Below, piece by piece: positions 7,925-16,012 of a stretch of DNA of 32,000 nt. The stretch is from Bdellovibrionales bacterium (lineage in GTDB: Bacteria > Bdellovibrionota > Bdellovibrionia > Bdellovibrionales > UBA1609): the NCBI GenBank assembly GCA_965247685.1, contig OZ252021.1:840001-872000 (forward strand). Reading direction: 5' to 3'. Both the position numbers and the translations under genes were made by a program. How positions within the stretch are numbered: the stretch's first letter is position 1; every line of letters starts with the position of its first letter. The notes beneath the pieces were generated by a model. The model saw only the letters and a list, made by a program, of their open reading frames with translations. It was not told the origin of the DNA and did no database searches.

Positions 7925-8871
7925 GCCGAAGTTTTTATTTTCTTAGAATATAAAAAACTTAAATTAAAATTTTGCCAATTTATCTTTAGATTAATATCCC
8001 ATTTTTTCTTTTCCTTACACAATACTAACGCCAAGGCGGTGGACATTCGAGAAATAACTTGAAACAGTGGACTTATTCCAGAGCATCCTTCAACATCCAC
8101 AATCACAAGACCTGACAGTACCTGCTTCACTTCCTTATTCACATCACGATATGCTTGTGAGTATAACTGTCTTACAACATAATCTGCGATAGGTCTAAAA
8201 GGCTCTATTAAGTCATCTACCAAACACATAGGATTATACATATTTCTATGATGAATACCTATACTAGGATGAAGCCCTGACACAATAACACCTCTTGCAA
8301 CACAAGACCGTATAATAGCATAAGCATAATTTAACATCGCATTAATGCCATCTCCATTTTGATCTCTTTTAAATTTGTTGGAAAATAATCTCATCCAATA
8401 GACCCTAGCACCTTGAGCTTCTAAATTATTCAAATCTCCAGGTTGAACTAAATTGGACATATTGAATAATTTTTTATAAGGCAAACCTAACTCCTTCAAT
8501 ACTAAAGATTGATTTTTTAACTTTAACTTTACCACTTCTTTCCACAATCTTTTTTGTAAAGATTGACTCATATTAACCTGAGATTGAATCCTTATATTTT
8601 GTTTACAATTTCCAACTAACGGCAAAAGAATAGCTCTTGGTGAAAAATTGGATCCACATATAGAAACTGGAATCCCACGATCTGATAATTCCACTAAAAT
8701 ATTAGAAGAATAAATACAACCATAACCTGTAATAACAATACCTAAAATATCATCAAGAGAAACACGAGATAATAAATTCTGTTTTTCTTTGATCTCTAAA
8801 AACCCTCTATATAAACTTAGACGAATATTAGGTCTCGAGATTTCAATAAACTGTCCAAAACTACTACTCAC
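7921..8871 (-). CDS. cas1: CRISPR-associated integrase Cas1
   Basis: 316 aa, positioned between cas9 and cas2. Size and the conserved C-terminal region (NAMLNYAYAIIRS...GLHPSIGIHHRN...LVDDLIEPFRP) fit type II Cas1. Confidence 0.92.
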   Translation of the reverse strand: MSSSFGQFIEISRPNIRLSLYRGFLEIKEKQNLLSRVSLDDILGIVITGYGCIYSSNILVELSDRGIPVSICGSNFSPRAILLPLVGNCKQNIRIQSQVNMSQSLQKRLWKEVVKLKLKNQSLVLKELGLPYKKLFNMSNLVQPGDLNNLEAQGARVYWMRLFSNKFKRDQNGDGINAMLNYAYAIIRSCVARGVIVSGLHPSIGIHHRNMYNPMCLVDDLIEPFRPIADYVVRQLYSQAYRDVNKEVKQVLSGLVIVDVEGCSGISPLFQVISRMSTALALVLCKEKKKWDINLKINWQNFNLSFLYSKKIKTSA

Positions 8872-8880
8872 AAACTCAAC

Positions 8881-11800
8881 CTAAGCACTATGTCTTTTAG
8901 ATTCTTCTTTACCAACAATAAAATCAGTCAATTGAACCAAACCACAAGGGCTAATATTAACTCGTTTAGGATTACATTTTTGTAGAGAAGATGGACTCTT
9001 TTGTGTGTACTTATATTGATCTGATCTACTTCTGTTTCTTGCATCTACATTCGCTTCAAAATGCTCTGAAAATGTTAGATTTTTATTTTGTGTAAATTTA
9101 ACAAGCCTCCAGAATCGACCAGCAAAAAATAACATATCCCCTTTCATCAATCTTGCTTTGTCTGGAATAGGCTTAAAAGTCTTTTGATTAGCAGAAAATA
9201 TACTTATAACTTGTGCATCCCATTTTCCGCTTGAGTTTTTAAACAGTTGAATTGCATAATTTCCATCCTCCTGAAAAAATTTGTAAATTTTTCCAAATTT
9301 ATTTTCAATAGGTATCACTCGTTCCTTTCTATTTAAGCGAACCCTGCGAATACCTGTTTTTTGGTGATAATTAATTAAAAATTCTTTAGAGAGGGTATTA
9401 TTGACTTTTAATTCTTTTAAAAAATCTTGTTTCACCTTTTCACTAATGATTCGACTTTCTATTTTCTTTTTATCTGCTCCGTTTAAAGTCAAAATTTCAA
9501 CATAATGGATCACATTAATTGGCTTGGAAAAAGTATTAACACTACCTAATACCCCGTAAGCTGTATCATTGTGGAGTTGACCTGCTTTTTTAGTTCTCCT
9601 TCTGTGAGATACAATAATTTGATCTATTACTCTCTTAGCATCTTCTTTAAAAGAAGGCCAAGGAATCACATCTTGTGTTATCACTCTACCAATATTCTCC
9701 AGCCTCTCTTTACTCTTTCCTTCTATTCCCTTCGCAATATTACTAATCTGTTGAACTAAAGAACGATCAACTAAACCTATCACAAGAGCATCTTTTGCAT
9801 GATGTCTATGATCGTTCCTATTTTTTTTATCATACTGTAACAAAGATCTTAAAAGAAATGTAGTCTGTCCTTTAACACTCCACACATCTTTACAAACTCT
9901 TCCTAAATACTGAATAGCATATTTAGATATATAACGAGTATCATTCAACTGCCTTTCTAAAAAGTTTCCATTTTCTTCAAATTTCTTCATAGCATCCTTG
10001 TTAAATTTCCATCGTTTTTGCTCAGATAACTCATTAACTCTCTGAAGAATTCCTGCCCATCGCACTTTATCAGATGAAAAGGCTTCATAAGGAGTTTGGT
10101 TCCCTTTTTGTTGATTAAAAACTTTATAAACCAACACTTTATTCATAAAGCCGTCATCTAAAGTCTTAGAGTAGGGCAATATGTGATCAACTTCCAGCTC
10201 TGGACTAAGAAGTTTAGTTTCTGGAATCTTTTTACCAGAGTAAACACAGGTATTGTTTTGCTCTTTCCAAAGCTTATATCTGACACGATTCGTTTTATTG
10301 TTAATTCCTCCAAACTCATCAATAAATTTTTTCGCATCTTCATTTCTTTTTTTATTATCATTTATTTTCTTATCTGATTTTTTTTTAGTTTCTGAGCCCA
10401 TTGGTAAATCTCTAGCTGTCTCTATCACCACCTCCATCGGTTTTCCATAGACACGAAGGATATCATTTACCAATAGCCTTAATTGATTAAAAGCAATATG
10501 GACTGTAGGATTTGGAATTCTGAAGGACTCAAATTTATTATGTTTACTCTCTGCTGTTTCAGACAATTTCATCTCCACACAATGGTCTCCTAAAACTTGC
10601 TGATAAAGAGGTAGCTTGTCTAACAACTCACCTTTATGTCTCCTATCTGAATGATGCCAGCCTGCTAACTTAATAGCTTCAATTTCCAATTCTCCCTTTT
10701 CAAGAAAAGGTATAATTTTGTGAATAACTTTTCTACTGTATTTCCCATGATCTTGTGGAAGATCGTTCATGTTTTCCAAAACGTTATCCAAAATTTGATC
10801 AGAAATATTTAAATTATTTTCTCTACTAAACTTTTGTAAATCTTTTAAGACTTCCTCATCCTTTTTTATAAAGATATCTTCTTGGCTTTCACCCTCCAAT
10901 AACTCGATAAATTGATCCTGAATATCTAAAGACCAACTTTGCCAATCAGGTATAAGGTTTGTCAAAACTATACTAGTTTGCTCTCCCTCTAAATAATTCC
11001 TATCGTTAATATCTAAGTTAAAACGAGAAAAGTCTTCTACATCAGAGAAAAAATTTTTAAATTCTTTTTCTAAAGAAGAAAATGTAACTTTATTTTTCTT
11101 TTGAAATAGCTTTTCAATAACATAATTTCTAAACTCAATACCTTTATCCATATCCTTCAATAACACACTTTCACCCATCATATTTATATAAGATAAATTA
11201 TTTAATTCTTTTAAAATCCTAAATTTTTGAAAAGAAGGCAATGCTCTACTAATTCGTTTCTCACTAGGGAGAAAATAACATTTTCCGACAATAGACTTCT
11301 TTAATTGCCTTTGATGAAAAATAGCCTTATGAAATAAAGCTTTCAACTTTTGATCTTTCAACTTATCGTAATATTGAGACTGAGAGTCCCAGAGTTTATT
11401 AAATTCATTTTCAATCATAGACCTTTGAGCATAAACAACATAATTCTCCTTAGCTCCAGCACCTATTGGCTTTCTAGCTAATATCCAGTGTTCTTGTTGA
11501 GATCCTGGGTGTTTTCTACTTTCTTCCATCTTTTGAAAACGTTTCCATAAAAATTCACCATATGTTCTAGCTCCACATTTTTCTAGTTGCTCTTCTGAAT
11601 TTTCTACAGATTTAGCAATAATCCCATCCTCTTTTCCACTTCCTGATTTCCTATTACTTTTAAAACCTCTTCTTTGATTTAAGTGAAATAAAGCTCTTCC
11701 AAAATGATAAATATTCAACTTTTCATCCAGCCCCTTGGTTCTTATTTCATATGGGTTTAAATTTTGTAACTCTTTTAAAGAACATTGATCCTCCGGGAAT

Positions 11801-12108
11801 AATCCATATTTTTTCAACAAATGAAGAAGATAAGCTCTTCTCTGTAAATAACGATCTCTTTGTCTTCTTTGCAGCCTTGCCTGCCTGCGAGTGGCATTTA
11901 AAGTTGTATAATCTTTGGAATTTCTACCAGAGGGAAAAATCCTCACCCCTGCTTCTGTAATCTCTTTAGGACTGTTGTTTTTATCTAAATTATATAAAGC
12001 CCACCCTATAGAATTAGTTCCTATGTCTAAAGCAAGTCTTAAGTTATTTGGGGGTTGTTTTAAATCTTGATTTAGATCTTTCAGTTTTAAAATTTTATCA
12101 CCTGACAT
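8881..12108 (-). CDS. cas9: Cas9, type II-C size class (1075 aa)
   Basis: Motifs present: RuvC-I LALDIGTNSIGWAL (D28), Arg-rich bridge helix RRQARLQRRQRDRYLQRR, RuvC-II VVIETARDL, HNH EVDHILPYS...NKVLV...NQQKGNQTPYE and RuvC-III HHAKDALVIG. AAGGAG RBS at 12117-12122, 8 nt from the ATG. No csn2 or cas4 in the locus. Confidence 0.97.
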   Translation of the reverse strand: MSGDKILKLKDLNQDLKQPPNNLRLALDIGTNSIGWALYNLDKNNSPKEITEAGVRIFPSGRNSKDYTTLNATRRQARLQRRQRDRYLQRRAYLLHLLKKYGLFPEDQCSLKELQNLNPYEIRTKGLDEKLNIYHFGRALFHLNQRRGFKSNRKSGSGKEDGIIAKSVENSEEQLEKCGARTYGEFLWKRFQKMEESRKHPGSQQEHWILARKPIGAGAKENYVVYAQRSMIENEFNKLWDSQSQYYDKLKDQKLKALFHKAIFHQRQLKKSIVGKCYFLPSEKRISRALPSFQKFRILKELNNLSYINMMGESVLLKDMDKGIEFRNYVIEKLFQKKNKVTFSSLEKEFKNFFSDVEDFSRFNLDINDRNYLEGEQTSIVLTNLIPDWQSWSLDIQDQFIELLEGESQEDIFIKKDEEVLKDLQKFSRENNLNISDQILDNVLENMNDLPQDHGKYSRKVIHKIIPFLEKGELEIEAIKLAGWHHSDRRHKGELLDKLPLYQQVLGDHCVEMKLSETAESKHNKFESFRIPNPTVHIAFNQLRLLVNDILRVYGKPMEVVIETARDLPMGSETKKKSDKKINDNKKRNEDAKKFIDEFGGINNKTNRVRYKLWKEQNNTCVYSGKKIPETKLLSPELEVDHILPYSKTLDDGFMNKVLVYKVFNQQKGNQTPYEAFSSDKVRWAGILQRVNELSEQKRWKFNKDAMKKFEENGNFLERQLNDTRYISKYAIQYLGRVCKDVWSVKGQTTFLLRSLLQYDKKNRNDHRHHAKDALVIGLVDRSLVQQISNIAKGIEGKSKERLENIGRVITQDVIPWPSFKEDAKRVIDQIIVSHRRRTKKAGQLHNDTAYGVLGSVNTFSKPINVIHYVEILTLNGADKKKIESRIISEKVKQDFLKELKVNNTLSKEFLINYHQKTGIRRVRLNRKERVIPIENKFGKIYKFFQEDGNYAIQLFKNSSGKWDAQVISIFSANQKTFKPIPDKARLMKGDMLFFAGRFWRLVKFTQNKNLTFSEHFEANVDARNRSRSDQYKYTQKSPSSLQKCNPKRVNISPCGLVQLTDFIVGKEESKRHSA

Positions 12109-12279
12109 AAAAAAAACTCCTTTATAAATATACAGTCACTTTGAAAGTAGTTTCGGATAAAATATTAAAAACATTAGGAATAATTTTACTTTTTTAATAA
12201 AAAAATAAAATCTATTTCATAATGAAACATAAAAATAGAGTATGAAAAAAAATTATACAGTAAATAATCAAAAAAACAT

Positions 12280-12308
12280 TTGATCATATTGATAAACTAT
12301 GTTCTAAT
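12280..12308 (+). promoter_or_regulatory. candidate sigma70-type promoter of tracrRNA
   Basis: TTGATC (12280-12285), 17-nt spacer, TCTAAT (12303-12308). Predicted start is about 12314-12316, just 5' of the anti-repeat. Weak -10, so speculative. Confidence 0.3.
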
Positions 12309-12309
12309 G

Positions 12310-12400
12310 ATCAACAATCATATAGGAAATTGTGGTACTCTCAATAACAAGCGAGTATTCGCACCAGTCTTAGGCGAAGGAAACTTCGCCTTTGTTTTTT
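12310..12400 (+). ncRNA. tracrRNA: tracrRNA (anti-repeat + nexus-like hairpin + terminator hairpin); 5' end approximate
   Basis: 12317-12333 ATCATATAGGAAATTGT is perfectly complementary to repeat positions 15-31. 12334-12348 GGTACTCTCAATAAC pairs imperfectly (wobble, 2-nt internal loop, 1-nt bulge) with the repeat 5' end GTTTTGATTGCACT. This is followed by hairpin GCGA-GTAT-TCGC (12351-12362) and a terminator. It is divergent from cas9. Confidence 0.8.
12373..12400 (+). terminator. rho-independent terminator of tracrRNA
   Basis: GGCGAAG-GAAA-CTTCGCC (7-bp stem, GNRA tetraloop) followed by TTTGTTTTTT. Confidence 0.8.
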
Positions 12401-12568
12401 CTATATTAAAAAATAAATCTTTTAATATCTGCATAAAAAGCCCCTTTCCAAAAGATAGGTAATAAGAAGAAGACTGTACACCTTTTGCACATTCATATTT
12501 TTGAGATGGCTGATAATTCAATTGGTCTCTTCCAAGATAAACAGATTTTTTAATAAAAAACTGAATAT

Positions 12569-12597
12569 TTGTATATACTTTAGAATTTTTCTATAAG
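12569..12597 (+). promoter_or_regulatory. candidate promoter upstream of the solitary degenerate repeat
   Basis: TTGTAT (12569-12574), 17-nt spacer, TATAAG (12592-12597). The predicted start at about 12604 would leave a 5' tag of approx. 13 nt before the repeat-like element. Confidence 0.3.
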
Positions 12598-12616
12598 ATC
12601 AAATAAGACTTTTATG

Positions 12617-12651
12617 GTTTTGATTGTACTACAATTTCCCGTAGGTAAAAC
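12617..12651 (+). repeat. solitary degenerate CRISPR repeat (same orientation as array repeats)
   Basis: GTTTTGATTGTACTACAATTTCCCGTAGGTAAAAC. The first 23 nt match the array repeat except C11>T. The 3' third is diverged, so the TGATAAAAT promoter-like box is lost. Confidence 0.8.
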
Positions 12652-12857
12652 TTATAGAATCAACAGCCTATATACTTTTTTGAATTTTATCACTGATAGA
12701 AGTTGATCTGTTTTTGTCACAACTGATCATAACTAAAATTAAAAAAAAATCCCAAATGGAACGATAAAGTTTTTACTGATTTTGATTAAGAATTTCGTTT
12801 CTTATCTTCAGTATATATGCTTTCGTGAGGGTTGCTTAATACCTAAGATCTTAAGTA

Positions 12858-14498
12858 TTAAACTCTATTCAGTACACTATCGCATTCACGTTCTTGATAT
12901 AAATCTTCAAGAGCTGCTACAGGCTCTTTTGCGTATGTCAGTAACTTACAAGCCTGAATAAGGTTATTTTCTTTTCTGTAATATAGATTACTTAATAAAT
13001 ATAAATACAAAGGATTCCTTAATTGAGCAAGTCCTTGAAACAGTTGATGAGCTTCTTTAAATTGCCGTGTCAAATAAAACTGATGACCCACAACAAATTG
13101 TGCTTCTAAATTACCTGCTTGAGCCGCTTCACGTATACGTATATCAAGTCTTTGAATATTTGTAATATTCTTTTGAACTAAAAACTTCAAAATATTTTTA
13201 TCTACCTCATTTAGTTCTGGATTTGAACTGGACAATTTGTGGTAAGTATCGAGCAAATCATCTTTGTTTACAGGGTTTAAAAAATTGGATAAAATCATAT
13301 CATTATCTAAGTAAAATATAGCTCTCATCATCAAATCTTTTTTATTTTCTTCATCAGATAATAATTGATAGTAAAACAATGATTCTTGCTCTTTAATCAA
13401 GCTAGCTATACTCTCTTTACTTGTTTTCAAGGAAGACATAAAATTCTCGAAACCATTATTGATAGGAATTACATTCAAGTGCCTACACTCTGATGAAGGA
13501 TGGATAGAGGAGGTAATTCCAATAATTTTCCCATCCTGATTTAAAGCAGGGCTTCCGCTGATTCCAATTAAAGTCTTACAAGAAGTCATATTATGAGAAA
13601 CCATAAAAGAAGTGTATAAGGAATTTATTGAAAATGCGTTTGTAGCTTTTATTTTTTGTAAACCCCATTTTGTAGGGTAACCTAAAATATAATTTGGAAC
13701 TTCATTCAAGTAATCATCCGCTAAACTTAAAGTAGACCCTGTATAATTTTCCACCTCCAAAACAGCTAGATCCATCAAAAGAGACAAATCTCTAACACCT
13801 GTGATAAGAAACTTTTGATCTCCTTGCTCAACATAAAAAGGAGTATTAGATGTCTTCTTAAACCAATCTTGATCAGGAATATTCATTTGAATTAAAAGCC
13901 ATAGAATGCTTCCAAAAATATGATAATTAGTAACAAATATTGGTTGTTTATTAGAGTCTTTAATGAAGAATCCAGATCCGATACCTTCGCTTCTTGTATC
14001 AACATCTTCTCTAAATTGCACAATAACTCGTCCAACTCCACTTTGAGTTTTCTCCAGCCATTGTGGAAAGATTAATTCTTCTTGGTGATTAGTTTTATCA
14101 ACTGAGCTAGTTTCTTCTTGCGAAGAAAAATCTTCTGGAGACTCTTCTTTAGGATCGATACAAAACTCTGAATATCTTCCATTTGAGTGTAATTCTATAA
14201 AACAGTCTTTGATATAGGGAGACTGTGTGCTCAACATTTCTAAAGCATTGTTCCGAGGATCAGAGTTATCTCCTCTTATCTCTATCGAACAGTTTTTAGA
14301 ATAACCTGTTAATACTTTCTCAATAGAGCATTCTTTTGTATATTCTTGTAATAGAAAAGTTTCCGAGGAATTCACTTCCACGATTTCCCCTCCCACTAAC
14401 TTTTTTTTCCCTTTCAAAGGATCTAAAAGAATCTTGGAGTCATCTGCATAAAGATGAAAGGAAGTCAAAAACAACAAAAGACAAATTAAATTTTTCAT
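12858..14498 (-). CDS. secreted trypsin-like serine protease fused to C-terminal Sel1/TPR-like repeats
   Basis: Signal peptide MKNLICLLLFLTSFHLYA. Chymotrypsin-fold triad order is His (FVTNYHIF), Asp (MDLAVLEV), Ser (GISGSPAL). The C-terminus AAQAGNLEAQFVVGHQFYLTRQFKEAHQLF... is Sel1-like. Confidence 0.7.
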   Translation of the reverse strand: MKNLICLLLFLTSFHLYADDSKILLDPLKGKKKLVGGEIVEVNSSETFLLQEYTKECSIEKVLTGYSKNCSIEIRGDNSDPRNNALEMLSTQSPYIKDCFIELHSNGRYSEFCIDPKEESPEDFSSQEETSSVDKTNHQEELIFPQWLEKTQSGVGRVIVQFREDVDTRSEGIGSGFFIKDSNKQPIFVTNYHIFGSILWLLIQMNIPDQDWFKKTSNTPFYVEQGDQKFLITGVRDLSLLMDLAVLEVENYTGSTLSLADDYLNEVPNYILGYPTKWGLQKIKATNAFSINSLYTSFMVSHNMTSCKTLIGISGSPALNQDGKIIGITSSIHPSSECRHLNVIPINNGFENFMSSLKTSKESIASLIKEQESLFYYQLLSDEENKKDLMMRAIFYLDNDMILSNFLNPVNKDDLLDTYHKLSSSNPELNEVDKNILKFLVQKNITNIQRLDIRIREAAQAGNLEAQFVVGHQFYLTRQFKEAHQLFQGLAQLRNPLYLYLLSNLYYRKENNLIQACKLLTYAKEPVAALEDLYQERECDSVLNRV

Positions 14499-14548
14499 AC
14501 ATTATGAATACCATAATAATTACGAAAAAAATATATTCCTAATCTCCT

Positions 14549-14565
14549 TGTAATAATTACATAGA
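14549..14565. promoter_or_regulatory. 17-bp motif TGTAATAATTACATAGA (contains palindrome TGTAAT-A-ATTACA) upstream of the protease gene
   Basis: Lies 51-67 nt upstream of the ATG at 14498. An identical 17-mer is found upstream of the ankyrin gene (15706-15722). Confidence 0.4.
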
Positions 14566-14606
14566 TTTCTTAAGGACTTTACACCGATGAGCGTACTCAA
14601 AAAAAC

Positions 14607-15620
14607 CTACAAGCTAGCTACAGATTGTTCGCATTTTCGCCTTTCTGCTTCTTGAAGAATTTTCCCTGCATATGGAAAACTACTTGAAATTGCCATAAAT
14701 GAAGGTTTTCGATCCTGGTTATCTGGGATGCTCGGATCTGCTCCGAGTTCGAGAAGAGTGGTTATTGTATTTTGATGACCTTGTTCAGCTGCATGGTGTA
14801 AAGGTGTTTGACCTTTATTATCTTGTTCATTTAGATTTACTCCTTCTCTGTCGAAAAGTCTTATCATATATGAACGACCTTTTGTAGCTTCCAAGTGTAG
14901 AACTGTTTCACCCTTGTTATTTTTTCTATCCAGATCTGGTTTGTATTTGAAGAAAATTTCTGCCAGAAATGAATGACCCTTGTATTGGTGGGCTACGAGT
15001 GAAAGTAGGTGTAAAGGTGTTTGGCCCTTGTTATTTTGGCTATTCAGATCTGCTCCATTTTTAGCAAGATGGATTGCTATACCTGAGAAGAAATTTCTTA
15101 CTTGAACTGCACGATGTAAAGGAGTGTTACCTTCGTTATCTTTGATTTTTAAAACTTCTACTAAATCTTCTACTTCGATTTTTTTGAAGAGATTTTGTAA
15201 TTCACGTGAACTGCTTGCTTGAGCTAACAGGTGTAAAGGTGTTTGACCCTTGTTATTTTGGCTGTCTAGCCTTGTTTTGTTGAAGAGAGTTTTTGTTACG
15301 AGTGAATGACGTGCTTCAATTGCAAGATGTAAAGGTGTTTGACCTTCATTATCTGGTTTATTCAGAACTGCTCCATGTTGGAAGAGAACGTTTGCCATAC
15401 GTGAATTACCTCTTTGAGCTGCTATATGTAAGGCTGTTTGACCCTTGTCATATTTGGTATTTAATAAATCTCTTACTGTCGAAAGATCTGTTGCTTTAAG
15501 AAAAGTATCAATTTTCCGAGCATTTCCTTTTTGAACTAAATCGAAAAATTGATTTTCAAGTTCTTTTGCTCCTGCATAAGTAGTAAAACATAATATTATT
15601 CCGATAACATAAATTTTCAT
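14607..15620 (-). CDS. ankyrin-repeat protein with N-terminal signal peptide
   Basis: 337 aa with at least 7 tandem ANK units of consensus N.KGQTPLHLA....G (e.g. DNEGQTPLHLAIEARH, NNKGQTPLHLLAQ, DNKGQTPLHHAAEQGH). The N-terminus MKIYVIGIILCFTTYAGA is signal-like. Near-identical 33-bp DNA blocks occur inside the gene. Confidence 0.85.
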   Translation of the reverse strand: MKIYVIGIILCFTTYAGAKELENQFFDLVQKGNARKIDTFLKATDLSTVRDLLNTKYDKGQTALHIAAQRGNSRMANVLFQHGAVLNKPDNEGQTPLHLAIEARHSLVTKTLFNKTRLDSQNNKGQTPLHLLAQASSSRELQNLFKKIEVEDLVEVLKIKDNEGNTPLHRAVQVRNFFSGIAIHLAKNGADLNSQNNKGQTPLHLLSLVAHQYKGHSFLAEIFFKYKPDLDRKNNKGETVLHLEATKGRSYMIRLFDREGVNLNEQDNKGQTPLHHAAEQGHQNTITTLLELGADPSIPDNQDRKPSFMAISSSFPYAGKILQEAERRKCEQSVASL

Positions 15621-15705
15621 AACTAACCCTTCCAGTTAAATAAATATTATTGAGTGATTTTTTTATCTATTAAATAACGAATATAATCAAGTCAATTTAG
15701 TACAG

Positions 15706-15722
15706 TGTAATAATTACATAGA
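15706..15722. promoter_or_regulatory. second copy of the 17-bp palindromic motif, upstream of the ankyrin gene
   Basis: TGTAATAATTACATAGA lies 86-102 nt upstream of the ATG at 15620. Confidence 0.4.
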
Positions 15723-15812
15723 CTCATAAAGCTGCAAGAGTAGTTTTAAATAATATTTTGGATTAAAATAGTTATAATTTGAAAAAATATTTAAAGTTAC
15801 TTCATCAAATAT

Positions 15813-15851
15813 GTTTCAATTTCACTGCAATTTCCTATCAAGATGTGAAAC
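15813..15851 (+). repeat. diverged CRISPR-repeat-like element
   Basis: GTTTCAATTTCACTGCAATTTCCTATCAAGATGTGAAAC. About 22 of the first 26 nt match the array repeat, including CACT(G/A)CAATTTCCTAT. Same orientation as the array. Termini are GTTTCA...TGAAAC. Confidence 0.6.
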
Positions 15852-15854
15852 AGG

Positions 15855-15930
15855 ATGGGTCATTAGAGTCTCCAATGAAGGATCCAGATTCGACACCTTC
15901 TTCTTTATAGAAGGATTCATTCTTAAAAAA
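15855..15930 (-). pseudogene. truncated paralog fragment of the trypsin-like protease gene
   Basis: 15862-15910 aligns to 13951-13999 at roughly 85% DNA identity. It translates to FYKEEGVESGSFIGDSNDP, against EGIGSGFFIKDSNKQP in the intact gene. It is bounded by an in-frame TAA (15933-15931), and the frame runs into the repeat-like element. Confidence 0.55.
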
Positions 15931-16012
15931 TTAAGAAGAGAACTTTGTTAAAAGCTTCCAGCAAAACTAGTCATTGTTATTCGCCTAACAGCCATTGATC
16001 AGTATAAATACT

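Noticed and set aside
9571-11960. Five short ORFs inside cas9 (9571-9759, 10158-10361, 10183-10377, 10253-10450, 11751-11960)
   Set aside because: They are embedded in or antisense to a 1075-aa gene with all Cas9 motifs. Their low-complexity translations are typical of AT-rich antisense frames.
7592-12108. Type II-A or II-B classification
   Set aside because: There is no csn2 or cas4 ORF between cas2 and the array or elsewhere in the locus. The Cas9 size (1075 aa) and the promoter-bearing repeats fit II-C.
12280-12521. ORFs 12280-12462 (+) and 12318-12521 (-) upstream of cas9
   Set aside because: Both overlap the anti-repeat, hairpins and terminator of the predicted tracrRNA. They have no RBS and no recognisable motifs.
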